DNA of 64,000 bases from a virus (Duplodnaviria; Heunggongvirae; Uroviricota; Caudoviricetes): IMG/VR virus record IMGVR_UViG_3300031911_000001, positions 37,881 through 101,880 of that record. One strand, 5' to 3'. The position numbers and the translations under genes are program-made. Positions 8,521 through 15,760 of the stretch are shown piece by piece. How positions within the stretch are numbered: position 1 is the stretch's first letter; each line of letters starts with the position of its first letter. The notes under the pieces were generated by a model. That model was given only the letters and a program-made list of their open reading frames with translations. It searched no databases and had not been told where the DNA came from.

Positions 8521-8708
8521 GTGCTGGTAGCTAGCTCAACTGGTAAGAGCGTCGTCGAATTAATGAGCCGATCCTCACCGGCAATAGCGATGGAGTAATG
8601 TCCGGCTGCAGAATGAGGAAGATTGAAGCAGGCGAGTGGAACGGATACATAACCATCTTGGTCTCATAAGCCAAGGATACCGGGTTCGACTCCCGGGCAC
8701 TGCAACCA
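8521..8708 (+). other. composite tRNA-like element: tRNA-like D-arm 5' part and canonical T-arm/CCA 3' part separated by about 110 nt; no consistent acceptor pairing
   Basis: 5' tagctcaactggtaagagc; 3' ccggg-ttcgact-cccgg...acca. Acceptor strands not complementary. Possibly a degenerate or interrupted tRNA. Confidence 0.3.
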
Positions 8709-8783
8709 AACAAGCCCCGGCGGCTTATCGTCCGGCGGGGCGGTCCCAGATTGGGTAGGTCTGGGTTATCAAAAGACCCCTGT

Positions 8784-8860
8784 GCCCTTGTAGTTTAACT
8801 GGTTTAGAACAGTGGACTTTCACTCCACCGATTCGGGTTCGATCCCCGATGAGGGCACCA
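8784..8860 (+). tRNA. tRNA-Glu (TTC)
   Basis: Acceptor gcccttg/tgagggc+A+CCA, anticodon stem gtgga/tccac with loop ctTTCac, T-arm tcggg-ttcgatc-cccga. Confidence 0.8.
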
Positions 8861-8928
8861 AGTTTTTAGAGGTTTTCCGGAAATGGGTAGCTCCCACTCC
8901 GGGATTGGGCTAGTACGCGACTGGCCTT

Positions 8929-9018
8929 GGACGAAGTGATGGAAATGGTAGACATAGGCCCTTTACCGGGCCGGAGGATGCAAAGCACCTCGTGTGGGTT
9001 CGAGCCCCACCTTCAATG
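8929..9018 (+). other. tRNA-like (type II-like) element with T-arm gtggg-ttcgagc-cccac but no encoded CCA and a 6-nt candidate anticodon loop
   Basis: ggccc-tttacc-gggcc hairpin and a long variable-like segment. Acceptor pairing not found. Confidence 0.25.
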
Positions 9019-9182
9019 TCCAGCAAGATTCTTGCAAGAAGAAAGCGCATAGACCCTGCAAATCGCCGCACACCGGCAGGGGTATTGACTATGCGGGGTA
9101 TGAGCCCCAAGAGTGCGGCTACAATTCCAAGGGCGGAACGTCATCAGACCGTCTAAAAAATTCGATGACCTTTGATAATTAT

Positions 9183-9258
9183 TCCCCGGAAGCAAACTAG
9201 GTGTGGGCAACGGACTGTTAATCCGCGAAGCGAGGTTCGAATCCTCGGCGGGGAGCCA
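9183..9258 (+). tRNA. tRNA-Asn (GTT), degenerate D-arm
   Basis: Acceptor tccccgg/gcgggga+G+CCA, anticodon arm cgga-ctGTTaa-tccg (as in E. coli tRNA-Asn), T-arm cgagg-ttcgaat-cctcg. D-stem not complementary. Confidence 0.6.
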
Positions 9259-9273
9259 TTATCAAAGAATTGT

Positions 9274-9349
9274 GTGTCGGTGGCTGAATGGTTTAGGCGG
9301 TGGATTGCAAATCCATCTCATGTAGGTTCGAGTCCTATCCGGCATTCCA
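9274..9349 (+). tRNA. tRNA-Cys (GCA)
   Basis: Acceptor gtgtcgg/ccggcat+T+CCA, anticodon stem gtgga/tccat with loop ttGCAaa, T-arm gtagg-ttcgagt-cctat. Confidence 0.7.
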
Positions 9350-9478
9350 AGTTTCTGTCAGTTGTCAAAAGGTGCCCTTGATCAGGGTGGCTGAGTAGGC
9401 AGCAAGGGTAGATTGATCATCTACTGATATACCGGATACGTCATCTGGGTAGTGGCGAATTATTTCAACGATTTATGT

Positions 9479-9555
9479 GCGTGTGTAGTTCCAATTGGTA
9501 GAACGCTATCCTTCCAAGTTAGATGTTGCAGGTTCGAATCCTGTCGCCCGCACCA
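9479..9555 (+). tRNA. tRNA-Gly (TCC)
   Basis: Acceptor gcgtgtg/cgcccgc+A+CCA, D-arm gttc-caattggta-gaac, anticodon loop ctTCCaa, T-arm gcagg-ttcgaat-cctgt. Confidence 0.75.
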
Positions 9556-9659
9556 GTTTTTATCAGCAGTCATCTGTCCGTGCTCTGGATGAGACGTCGA
9601 ATTCCTCTTGGTTCTCAACGAGAGGTTAGTAGTGCCAGAGCACGGGGTCAAATGATTGT

Positions 9660-9736
9660 TGGGGAGTCGCCTAGTTGGCCTAAGGCACGTGACTTTGACT
9701 CATGCATCGCTGGTTCGAATCCAGCCTCCTCTGCCA
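9660..9736 (+). tRNA. tRNA-Gln (TTG)
   Basis: Acceptor tggggag/ctcctct (U1 mismatch as in E. coli tRNA-Gln)+G+CCA, anticodon stem cgtga/tcatg with loop ctTTGac, T-arm gctgg-ttcgaat-ccagc. Confidence 0.75.
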
Positions 9737-9833
9737 GTTTATGTCAAGGTAGTTCAAACAGCAAGAACACCGGCTCGTCAATACCAGCCGGAAATGTGGT
9801 CGACTGGCAGCACACCCTTGACACCAGATATAT

Positions 9834-9914
9834 CCCGCGGTAGCTCAGTCGGTAGAGCGGTCCATGATGTACAGCATGGATGCGTCGGTGGTTCAATTCC
9901 ATCCCAAGGGGCCA
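9834..9914 (+). tRNA. atypical tRNA (canonical D- and T-arms; anticodon stem ccatg/catgg enclosing 8-nt loop atgtacag; GTA/TAC-containing)
   Basis: D-arm tagctcagtcggtagagc, T-arm ggtgg-ttcaatt-ccatc, acceptor 3' ccaaggg+G+CCA with 5/7 pairing. Confidence 0.45.
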
Positions 9915-10074
9915 GATTAAGTGTGTTTGTTCAATGTGTCCCAAAACCTTATCAGAGCGAAATTGCCGTCCCCTGCAAAGGGCGCGCTGACTGTACCTAC
10001 CTTCTTAGGTTCTTTAGGAGCCCTATCGCTGGCCCAGATAGGCAAACATAGAAGGACATTGAACAAACACTCGT

Positions 10075-10545
10075 ATCAGTGACTTGATCACTGTGAAAAG
10101 CGAAGTGGATAGATGGAACACGGGGGTTCAACTCCCCCCACCTCCACCAAAAGAGCCCTCTGCCCGAGCGGTTAGGTCGAAAGACTATAGCGTCGGATCG
10201 GCAGAGACAATAACCCGGCAAAGGCTGCTAAGCGGGTTCTTTTGATGGGGGTGACCCGGCTATCGACTCCGTCATTGAAACAGAGCTTACGAGTAGAGGA
10301 AAGCATATCACAGCCTCTTAAAAATCGGTATGCAAAAGAGTAAGTGCAAACGACGCTCAAATGCGTATTGCGGCCTAAAAACCTGCAACGCTGAGGGGTA
10401 AAGCCCTTATCACCAAAACCAATCCTTGAGCCCGGCAATTGCAGGGTGACTTTGAGAACCATCAGAAATGATGGGGGTCAGGGACTGGGCCGTATAAAGT
10501 AGCGGTCCACCAATTTAAGTAGAGCACAGGCAAAACACTGCTCTA
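10075..10545 (+). ncRNA. ssrA: tmRNA (ssrA), apparently circularly permuted two-piece form: acceptor piece about 10075-10148 (T-arm gggg-ttcaact-cccc, 3' cacctcc-A-CCA) precedes coding piece 10246 to about 10545 (5' GGGGGUGACCCGGCUAUCGACUCCG, tag ORF 10346-10378)
   Basis: 3' acceptor cacctcc (10138-10144) pairs perfectly with downstream gggggtg (10246-10252). Coding piece carries GCAAACGACGCUCAAAUGCGUAUUGCGGCCUAA, giving the tag peptide ANDAQMRIAA-stop followed by CCUGC as in E. coli ssrA. Terminal hairpin agtagagca...tgctctact at about 10510-10540. No T-arm or matching acceptor downstream of the tag, arguing against a one-piece gene. Confidence 0.7.
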
Positions 10546-10571
10546 CTAAGTAACCATGAAGGAACAAAATC

Positions 10572-11015
10572 ATGGTTACCATAGAAGAATACATCGAGAA
10601 ACCAATCGCTGAACGTCAGTCCCATCTGAGGTTGGATGAACCCTGTATGGAGCGTAGCTCGTCTGGTAAGAGCACCTCGACGTTCTGCAAGGGTTTGCTG
10701 GCTCACATTTTTGATACGACTATCCCAAAGGGTATGTCAATTCATGTTTGCCATGCTTGCAACAATGAAATCTGTTCAAATCCGGATCATCTCTATTGGG
10801 GTACGGCAAAAGAAAACAGGCTGGATCAGGTCAAAGACCGCAGCATTTGGGAACGTAATGTTCATAAAAACGGACTCGAGACTGCGATAGAAGTTCAACG
10901 TGCTGCATCAAGTAAAGGCGGTAGAGCCAATGCAGGCAAACCGAAGTCTCCTGAGCATCGGGCCAAACTGGCTCTAGCAATGATGGGGAAACGGAACAGA
11001 TCAAAGGGTATCTAG
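10572..11015 (+). CDS. HNH homing endonuclease
   Basis: 147 aa with HVCHACNNEICSNPDHLYWGTAKEN (HNH motif). AAGGA RBS. 3' end overlaps tRNA-Trp by 10 nt. Nucleotides about 10634-10660 inside the ORF resemble a tRNA D-arm (gtagctcgtctggtaagagcacc). Confidence 0.7.
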   Translation: MVTIEEYIEKPIAERQSHLRLDEPCMERSSSGKSTSTFCKGLLAHIFDTTIPKGMSIHVCHACNNEICSNPDHLYWGTAKENRLDQVKDRSIWERNVHKNGLETAIEVQRAASSKGGRANAGKPKSPEHRAKLALAMMGKRNRSKGI

Positions 11016-11081
11016 CTCAACTGGCAGAGCAGGCGCCTCCAAAGCGTCAGGTTGTAGGTTCAACTCCTACGGTGCCCGCCA
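11006..11081 (+). tRNA. tRNA-Trp (CCA)
   Basis: Acceptor gggtatc/ggtgccc+G+CCA, D-arm gctc-aactggca-gagc, anticodon stem ggcgc/gcgtc with loop ctCCAaa, T-arm gtagg-ttcaact-cctac. Confidence 0.8.
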
Positions 11082-11239
11082 AAATACAGGTCAGAGCCAA
11101 TATCAACCAGATACATGCTCTGACCAATAAAGTGAATAAACTCACTTTTAAGCCGGTTAATCACCAGTTTATTAACTGAATTCGTTGATGTTTGAGGCTT
11201 TACAATAGTGACGTCAAACAAACATAAACGGAGTTCATT

Positions 11240-11776
11240 ATGACAGACAAGGTAAGCGGAATCCTCCACGTGCGGCCGATCAACATCACAGAAGGCGCGT
11301 ACTCGAACTATGGCGGCATTTCGCTGGCCTACTCGGTGAAGGAAAGTGGTGATGTGAAGGTAAGTCTCGCGATCTGCTCGCACCAAGATCGGTTCAACCG
11401 TAAGCGCGGACGTCAGATCGCTCTGGGACGCCTGAACAGCGAACGTGCTCAAGAGCTCGTGTCGACGTTCGATTCTTCGGCCCTCGAATTCATGGCAGCT
11501 GAATACTTCGGCGTCAAGATGAAGATCGAACCGAAGGTGGGTAGCACCGGTGAGTTCTACGTGGAACGTGAGAAGTTCCCACTGAGCGCAGTGCTCCTGT
11601 TGATGGTGCGCCCGATGGTCCTGGACCTGCTCCATCGTGAAGCAGCTGACCACGCTGTTCAGTTCCTGGAAGAATACACGATCGAGGACGTTGCGATCGT
11701 CAGCTACCGGAATGGTCTGGGTTGGCACTTCGGTGCTAAGACCAATGAAGTCGGAATCGGCGTCCGCGTGGTCTAA
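11240..11776 (+). CDS. hypothetical protein (178 aa) within tRNA island
   Basis: ORF with RBS aaacggag. The antisense 361-aa ORF is judged spurious. Confidence 0.6.
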   Translation: MTDKVSGILHVRPINITEGAYSNYGGISLAYSVKESGDVKVSLAICSHQDRFNRKRGRQIALGRLNSERAQELVSTFDSSALEFMAAEYFGVKMKIEPKVGSTGEFYVEREKFPLSAVLLLMVRPMVLDLLHREAADHAVQFLEEYTIEDVAIVSYRNGLGWHFGAKTNEVGIGVRVV

Positions 11777-11876
11777 AGGTTTTGCCAGTTTATCAAAACT
11801 GGCTGGTGGAAGTTGAATCGAGTAAAACCGGTTCAGCCCTAGTTTTCTCCCAAGGTTTTCACAAAACGTTGGATCT

Positions 11877-11954
11877 GCCCCTGTAGCTCTTAACTGGTAG
11901 AGCGACTGCCTTGTAAGCAGAGGGTTGGCGGTTCGAGTCCGTCCGGGGGCACCA
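11877..11954 (+). tRNA. tRNA-Thr (TGT)
   Basis: Acceptor gcccctg/cgggggc+A+CCA, D-arm tagctcttaactggtagagc, anticodon loop ctTGTaa, T-arm ggcgg-ttcgagt-ccgtc. Confidence 0.8.
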
Positions 11955-11977
11955 GATTTTTGATAAAGGAAAAGAAG

Positions 11978-12118
11978 ATGGTTGCAAAGCGTTTTGAGGT
12001 TCGTCACAACAATGACATCTATCACGTGTTTGACACACGTCTCTACATCGTGATTGATGCATACCGTGACAAGCAATCGGCTGACGAGCATGTCGATCAG
12101 CTGAACGGCAAGAAGTAA
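11978..12118 (+). CDS. small hypothetical protein (46 aa)
   Basis: MVAKRFEVRHNNDIYHVFDTRLYIVIDAYRDKQSADEHVDQLNGKK. RBS aaaggaaaag. Confidence 0.45.
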   Translation: MVAKRFEVRHNNDIYHVFDTRLYIVIDAYRDKQSADEHVDQLNGKK

Positions 12119-12249
12119 GAAGGCGGAGGCTTCAATGCCTCCCATTAGGCCAGGATGTTTGTAAGGCGTTATTGTGGGTGCCTCCCACTAGCTGTCGGTG
12201 GAAAGGGACACGGCAACCCGGTTCCCCTGATTAAGCATCCTGGCCTAAT

Positions 12250-12342
12250 GGGCATCTTAGCCGAGCTGGCCTAGCGGCAACGGTCTTGAAAACCGAAGGC
12301 TCCGAAAGGGGTGTGTGAGTTCGAGTCTCACGGTGCCCGCCA
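12250..12342 (+). tRNA. tRNA-Ser (TGA), type II
   Basis: Acceptor gggcatc/ggtgccc+G+CCA, anticodon stem cggt/accg with loop ctTGAaa, long variable arm, T-arm gtgag-ttcgagt-ctcac. 93 nt. Confidence 0.8.
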
Positions 12343-12529
12343 AATTTGTGTGAGATTGAAATGTGAAGGAAAACGGTTAAGTCTGCAGGCGCTTGCCGTT
12401 AGTAGGTCACAAAGTAGTTGCTCAGGCTACCTGCACTTTTGATGTTGTCGCGAGTACGCCAACGGGTCAATGCAAACAGTACCGAACTCAAAAGATGCCG
12501 CCGGCGTCGGAACCGGCCACAAACCACAT

Positions 12530-12609
12530 CTCTCGTTAACTCAGTGGAATAAAAGAGTACTGCGCTACGAACGCAGGAGTCGGAGGTTCGAATCCTTCAC
12601 GAGGGACCA
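12530..12609 (+). tRNA. tRNA-Arg (ACG)
   Basis: Acceptor ctctcgt/acgaggg+A+CCA, anticodon stem ctgcg/cgcag with loop ctACGaa, T-arm ggagg-ttcgaat-ccttc. Confidence 0.75.
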
Positions 12610-12675
12610 TTATTTCTGCCTTGGGTTCGAATCCCACGGCGCGAGGGCTGAAGTGGACAGCAGGCAGAAATAATG

Positions 12676-12751
12676 GCCTAGATAGCTCAGACGGTAGAGC
12701 GGCAGCTTGAAAAGCTGTGCGTCACTGGTTCGATCCCAGTTCCGGGCACCA
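12676..12751 (+). tRNA. tRNA-Phe (GAA)
   Basis: Acceptor gcctaga/tccgggc+A+CCA, D-arm tagctcagacggtagagc, anticodon loop ttGAAaa, T-arm actgg-ttcgatc-ccagt. Confidence 0.8.
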
Positions 12752-12939
12752 AGATTGTTCATTGACGACTGGGTAATGTCGTGGATGTTCATGTGAAAGT
12801 CGTGTCCAGGAGGCTCTTGAGAAGATGGCACCGCCCTCCAGCAATGGAGTCCACCGGGAGTGGATGTAAAGAGATTAGAGTCGTGCGGTTGGTGGTTCGC
12901 CATCAACTGTCAAGGATCGGTGGTGACATCGGTCCACCC

Positions 12940-13015
12940 GGGCTCGTAGCTCAGCCGGGAGAGCAACTGCTTTGCAAGCAGAAGGTTGCAGGTTCGATTC
13001 CTGTCGGGTCCACCA
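12940..13015 (+). tRNA. tRNA-Ala (TGC)
   Basis: Acceptor gggctcg/cgggtcc+A+CCA, D-arm tagctcagccgggagagc, anticodon loop ttTGCaa, T-arm gcagg-ttcgattc-ctgt. Confidence 0.75.
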
Positions 13016-13537
13016 GTTTTGTTGATCGTCATGGGCAAGTCGTGACACGTGGGGAACGTAGACCATACACCGATGATCAACGCATTTTATTCGCCGAAGC
13101 TGTAGGTTCAGAGCCGTGATGCAGTACTCCACTCTAATGAGGGAGCGTTTGTGAGGTCAATACTCACCGGCAAATGGTTTGGAGAGTAGTTAGGATGTCG
13201 GGGTGAAATCCCATCATTTAAAGAGTCGTATGGCATTACCCTGATCCCCCACTGCAAGGATCGGAATGTTGTGCCCGGGGAAAGAACAAGCACAGTTCAT
13301 GTGGTTATCGACTATTCGTGCTCTAGAGCTCAGGGCATGAGGTTGAACGTTCAAGGGCGAAGCCTTGGACTAAATCGGCGGGTGTAATGACGGAAAGACC
13401 CAAAGAGATGCCACGTTGAGACCCGTAGATCGTTTGGCTGTCGAAAGCACACTACCTACTCCCAATTCAACATTAGACCCGCCCACGTTATGGGTAGAAG
13501 ATCGGTCGTTTATTAGGGCCTACATGGATCGTCCTCC

Positions 13538-13609
13538 GGACCGCATGCACCGGAGTAAGGCCTCTTTCGAGAGGCCGATGGGTGGGTTCGATTCCCATCA
13601 GGTCCACCA
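13538..13609 (+). other. tRNA-like element with canonical T-arm and CCA end (gtggg-ttcgatt-cccat, caggtcc-A-CCA) but 6-nt anticodon-like loop and degenerate D-arm
   Basis: ggcctc-tttcga-gaggcc hairpin. Acceptor pairing 5/7. Confidence 0.3.
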
Positions 13610-13617
13610 GTTTCAAT

Positions 13618-13693
13618 GCGTGCTTAGCTCAGTTGGTAGAGCAGTTGAGTGCCACTCAACAGGTCGCAGGTTCGAACCCTGTAGCCCGCACCA
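13618..13693 (+). tRNA. tRNA-Gly (GCC)
   Basis: Acceptor gcgtgct/agcccgc+A+CCA, D-arm tagctcagttggtagagc, anticodon stem gttga/tcaac with loop gtGCCac, T-arm gcagg-ttcgaac-cctgt. Confidence 0.8.
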
Positions 13694-13743
13694 GTTTCAA
13701 TGATTGATGACTCAATGCAGTGTATAATGACTGCTTTTGGGAC

Positions 13744-13998
13744 ATGAACATGAAACCTATTCGCCTCATCTTCAACATCTACCGGACGCTTCGGAAGAAG
13801 CCAATCGTCCAGTCGGTTGAAATCTACATGAAGTCCGGCAACGTGATTGTCATCGACAATGTGATCGGAGATATCACTTACACGTATCAGGGCAACCAGA
13901 TCACCTATCTGAAGGTCAAGCAGGCCCCGGGACACAATGTAGCGATTGAATCCATCGACTTGAGCCAGATCGAGGGCTTCAAGAGCAAAGCATACTAG
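13744..13998 (+). CDS. small hypothetical protein (84 aa)
   Basis: ORF track 13720..13998 begins at GTG. ATG at 13744 follows a TATAAT box at 13723-13728. Confidence 0.45.
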   Translation: MNMKPIRLIFNIYRTLRKKPIVQSVEIYMKSGNVIVIDNVIGDITYTYQGNQITYLKVKQAPGHNVAIESIDLSQIEGFKSKAY

Positions 13999-14008
13999 AA
14001 AGAGCATT

Positions 14009-14344
14009 ATGATCGACGACAACTTCCGCAAAGCATTCCTGACCGGCACCGATGACACCGGGCGTCACATCGTGACTTCGGCTCGCACAGGTCGTACCTA
14101 CTTCGTAGAGGCGATCATCACCGAGAAGACCCCTTCGTGGGGTTCGGTGGACCCGGCAACCGGGAACCTGATGCACAAGAAGGGCGACGGGAAACATCTG
14201 GGTGGCGTGAAGCCGGCTCAGTCCATGATCACTCTCGAGAACGGTTTCGATAAGGTCCATGAACTGGGCCACGGAACGTCACCGTATGCGAAGATCGAAG
14301 AACTCGACGCTCAGTACCCCGACAAGGAAGCTGTAGCGGCGTAA
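14009..14344 (+). CDS. hypothetical protein (111 aa)
   Basis: ORF in tRNA island with plausible RBS. Confidence 0.5.
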   Translation: MIDDNFRKAFLTGTDDTGRHIVTSARTGRTYFVEAIITEKTPSWGSVDPATGNLMHKKGDGKHLGGVKPAQSMITLENGFDKVHELGHGTSPYAKIEELDAQYPDKEAVAA

Positions 14345-14439
14345 GGAATTGAAGTATCGTCGGGGTTGTTCCGGCTTCCGCTTCGATGGGCAGTTTTCAT
14401 CCGGTTCTGCGCCTTGTAAAAACCGGCTCCTATTCTGTG

Positions 14440-14516
14440 TGGACCGTCGCCAAGCTGGTTAAGGCCGGGGATTGTGATTCCCCTATGCGTGGGTTCGAAT
14501 CCCATCGGTCCAACCA
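14440..14516 (+). tRNA. tRNA-His (GTG)
   Basis: Acceptor tggaccg/cggtcca (perfect)+A+CCA, preceded by G(-1). Anticodon stem gggga/tcccc with loop ttGTGat. T-arm gtggg-ttcgaat-cccat (close to E. coli tRNA-His). Confidence 0.8.
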
Positions 14517-14526
14517 CACAATTTCG

Positions 14527-14604
14527 GGGTCGCTAGCTCAATCGGTTTAGAGCACCGGGCTTTTAACCCGGGGGTTCTGAGTTCGAGTCTCAGGCGGCCC
14601 ACCA
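14527..14604 (+). tRNA. tRNA-Lys (TTT)
   Basis: Acceptor gggtcgc/gcggccc+A+CCA, anticodon stem ccggg/cccgg with loop ctTTTaa, T-arm ctgag-ttcgagt-ctcag. Confidence 0.8.
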
Positions 14605-14612
14605 AGGTTTTC

Positions 14613-14690
14613 GGATTGCTAACTCAACTGGTTTAGAGTACCCGCCTCTTAAGCGGGAGGTTCTGTGTTCGACTCACAGGCAATCCACCA
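14613..14690 (+). tRNA. tRNA-Lys (CTT)
   Basis: Acceptor ggattgc/gcaatcc (perfect)+A+CCA, anticodon stem cccgc/gcggg with loop ctCTTaa, T-arm gtgtg-ttcgact-cacag. Confidence 0.8.
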
Positions 14691-14702
14691 CTACAGGAGA
14701 AG

Positions 14703-14861
14703 ATGATGAGCAGAACAGTCAAAGGCGGTAAGGGACCGGGATTTGAATACTGGGGCAAGCGTCCCTTCTCGGGTGTCAGTCCCAGCAAAGAGAACAAGCA
14801 GATCACCCACAAGATCGAACGCCAGCGCAACAAGAAGCTGGACAAAGCCGAGAAAGACTAA
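14703..14861 (+). CDS. small basic protein (52 aa)
   Basis: MMSRTVKGGKGPGFEYWGKRPFSGVSPSKENKQITHKIERQRNKKLDKAEKD. Strong RBS caggagaag. Confidence 0.5.
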   Translation: MMSRTVKGGKGPGFEYWGKRPFSGVSPSKENKQITHKIERQRNKKLDKAEKD

Positions 14862-14959
14862 GTAGATACGTTACGCAGGTATTGCTCGACTGAGGGTGAA
14901 AACCCCTCCCGGGACTGCGCCCGCTATAACCGGAGATGAGTACCGGTTTACAACATTTT

Positions 14960-15035
14960 GGGACGTTAGCTCAGCTGGTAGAGCAGCGGATTGTCTATCC
15001 GCATGTCAGGGGTTCGAATCCCCTACGTCCCGCCA
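14960..15035 (+). tRNA. tRNA-Asp (GTC)
   Basis: Acceptor gggacgt/acgtccc (perfect)+G+CCA, anticodon stem gcgga/tccgc with loop ttGTCta, T-arm cagggg-ttcgaat-cccct. Confidence 0.85.
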
Positions 15036-15089
15036 GTTTTTATTGACCACATGGGGCTAGAGTTTTGAAAGCCGAAGTGTCGTCAATAC

Positions 15090-15164
15090 AGCCGATTAGC
15101 TCAGAGGCAGAGCGGCTCCCTTACAAGGAGAAGGTCGACGTTTCAAAATCGTCATTGGCTACCA
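15090..15164 (+). tRNA. tRNA-Val (TAC), unusual T-loop
   Basis: Acceptor agccgat/attggct+A+CCA, D-arm tagctcagaggcagagc, anticodon loop ctTACaa, T-arm gacg-tttcaaaat-cgtc (non-canonical). Confidence 0.65.
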
Positions 15165-15170
15165 TACAGA

Positions 15171-15237
15171 GGTGCTGTAGCTCAGTTGGTTAGAGCGCAG
15201 GATTCATAACCCTGAGGCCGGTGGATCATTCCCACCT
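15171..15237 (+). tRNA. tRNA-Met/Ile2 (CAT), elongator-type, unusual T-loop
   Basis: Acceptor ggtgctg/tagcacc+A+CCA, D-arm tagctcagttggttagagc, anticodon loop ttCATaa, T-arm ggtgg-atcattc-ccacc. Confidence 0.65.
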
Positions 15238-15251
15238 AGCACCACCAGAAC

Positions 15252-15277
15252 AAGACCCTTCGGGGTCTTTTCTTTTG
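15252..15277 (+). terminator. rho-independent terminator closing the tRNA array
   Basis: aagaccc-ttcg-gggtctt followed by ttcttttg. Confidence 0.7.
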
Positions 15278-15297
15278 CCCTTTCTTTCATCGAAGTG

Positions 15298-15356
15298 TTG
15301 ACGGTCGTCATGAACCTCCCTACAATAGGACATCAACAACCACTTGGAGAAGTGAA
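15298..15356 (+). promoter_or_regulatory. conserved early promoter + leader, copy 1 (TTGACG-N17-TACAAT, leader CATCAACAACCACTTGGAGAAGTGAAATG)
   Basis: Seen in sequence. Shares the core CCACTTGGAGAAGTGAAATG with 8 other sites. Confidence 0.7.
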
Positions 15357-15563
15357 ATGCGCAAATTCAAAATGACTATCCTCTGTTCTGTCCAGGTCGA
15401 GGTTCTTGCAGAACTGACCGAAGACGGCACCTTCGTCAGACATGTGGTTGGCGTCAAACATCCGACTGCCGAAGAGGTCATGGCGGCACTAGAAACCCAT
15501 CCCGGTGTCGGTGGCTTAGAAGAGCTCGACTCCCACTACGCCAACGCAAAGGATTTCCAATGA
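15357..15563 (+). CDS. small early protein (68 aa)
   Basis: ATG directly follows the conserved leader. Confidence 0.65.
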   Translation: MRKFKMTILCSVQVEVLAELTEDGTFVRHVVGVKHPTAEEVMAALETHPGVGGLEELDSHYANAKDFQ

Positions 15564-15760
15564 AAACCATGTACTTGGTCCTTGACGGCCTGACCCCGGA
15601 AGACTTCATCCTTCAGCACGTCATACAGACATACGAATTGGATGAGGATCAGGCCAAGGCCATCATCCAAGGACTGAAGGACAACGGGAGTTACCAAGAC
15701 CTTTACAATAGGGCGGTCGAGGTAATCGACGGATTTAAAAAGATGATGGAGGTAAAGTGA
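15560..15760 (+). CDS. small early protein (66 aa)
   Basis: ATGA overlap with previous gene. Confidence 0.6.
   Translation: MKTMYLVLDGLTPEDFILQHVIQTYELDEDQAKAIIQGLKDNGSYQDLYNRAVEVIDGFKKMMEVK

Noticed and set aside
8521-8708. Group I intron-containing tRNA
   Set aside because: The insert is only about 110 nt, far too short for a group I intron, and the exon halves do not form an acceptor stem.
7687-10462. Numerous 60-130 aa ORFs on both strands across the tRNA island (e.g. 7687..8007, 8087..8341, 9656..10051, 10172..10462)
   Set aside because: They overlap clear tRNA/tmRNA cloverleaves and translate to the typical antisense-tRNA peptide patterns (…GFEPRT…, …SNRQPSAYKAVALP…). They have no RBS and are treated as non-coding.
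10246-10545. Interpreting the tmRNA as a conventional one-piece gene
   Set aside because: No T-arm and no sequence complementary to the GGGGGUG 5' end exists downstream of the tag. The only matching acceptor/T-arm is upstream at 10120-10148.
11060-12145. 361-aa minus-strand ORF
   Set aside because: Runs antisense through tRNA-Thr and the well-supported plus-strand 11240..11776 gene. It lacks an RBS and likely reflects GC-rich codon bias.
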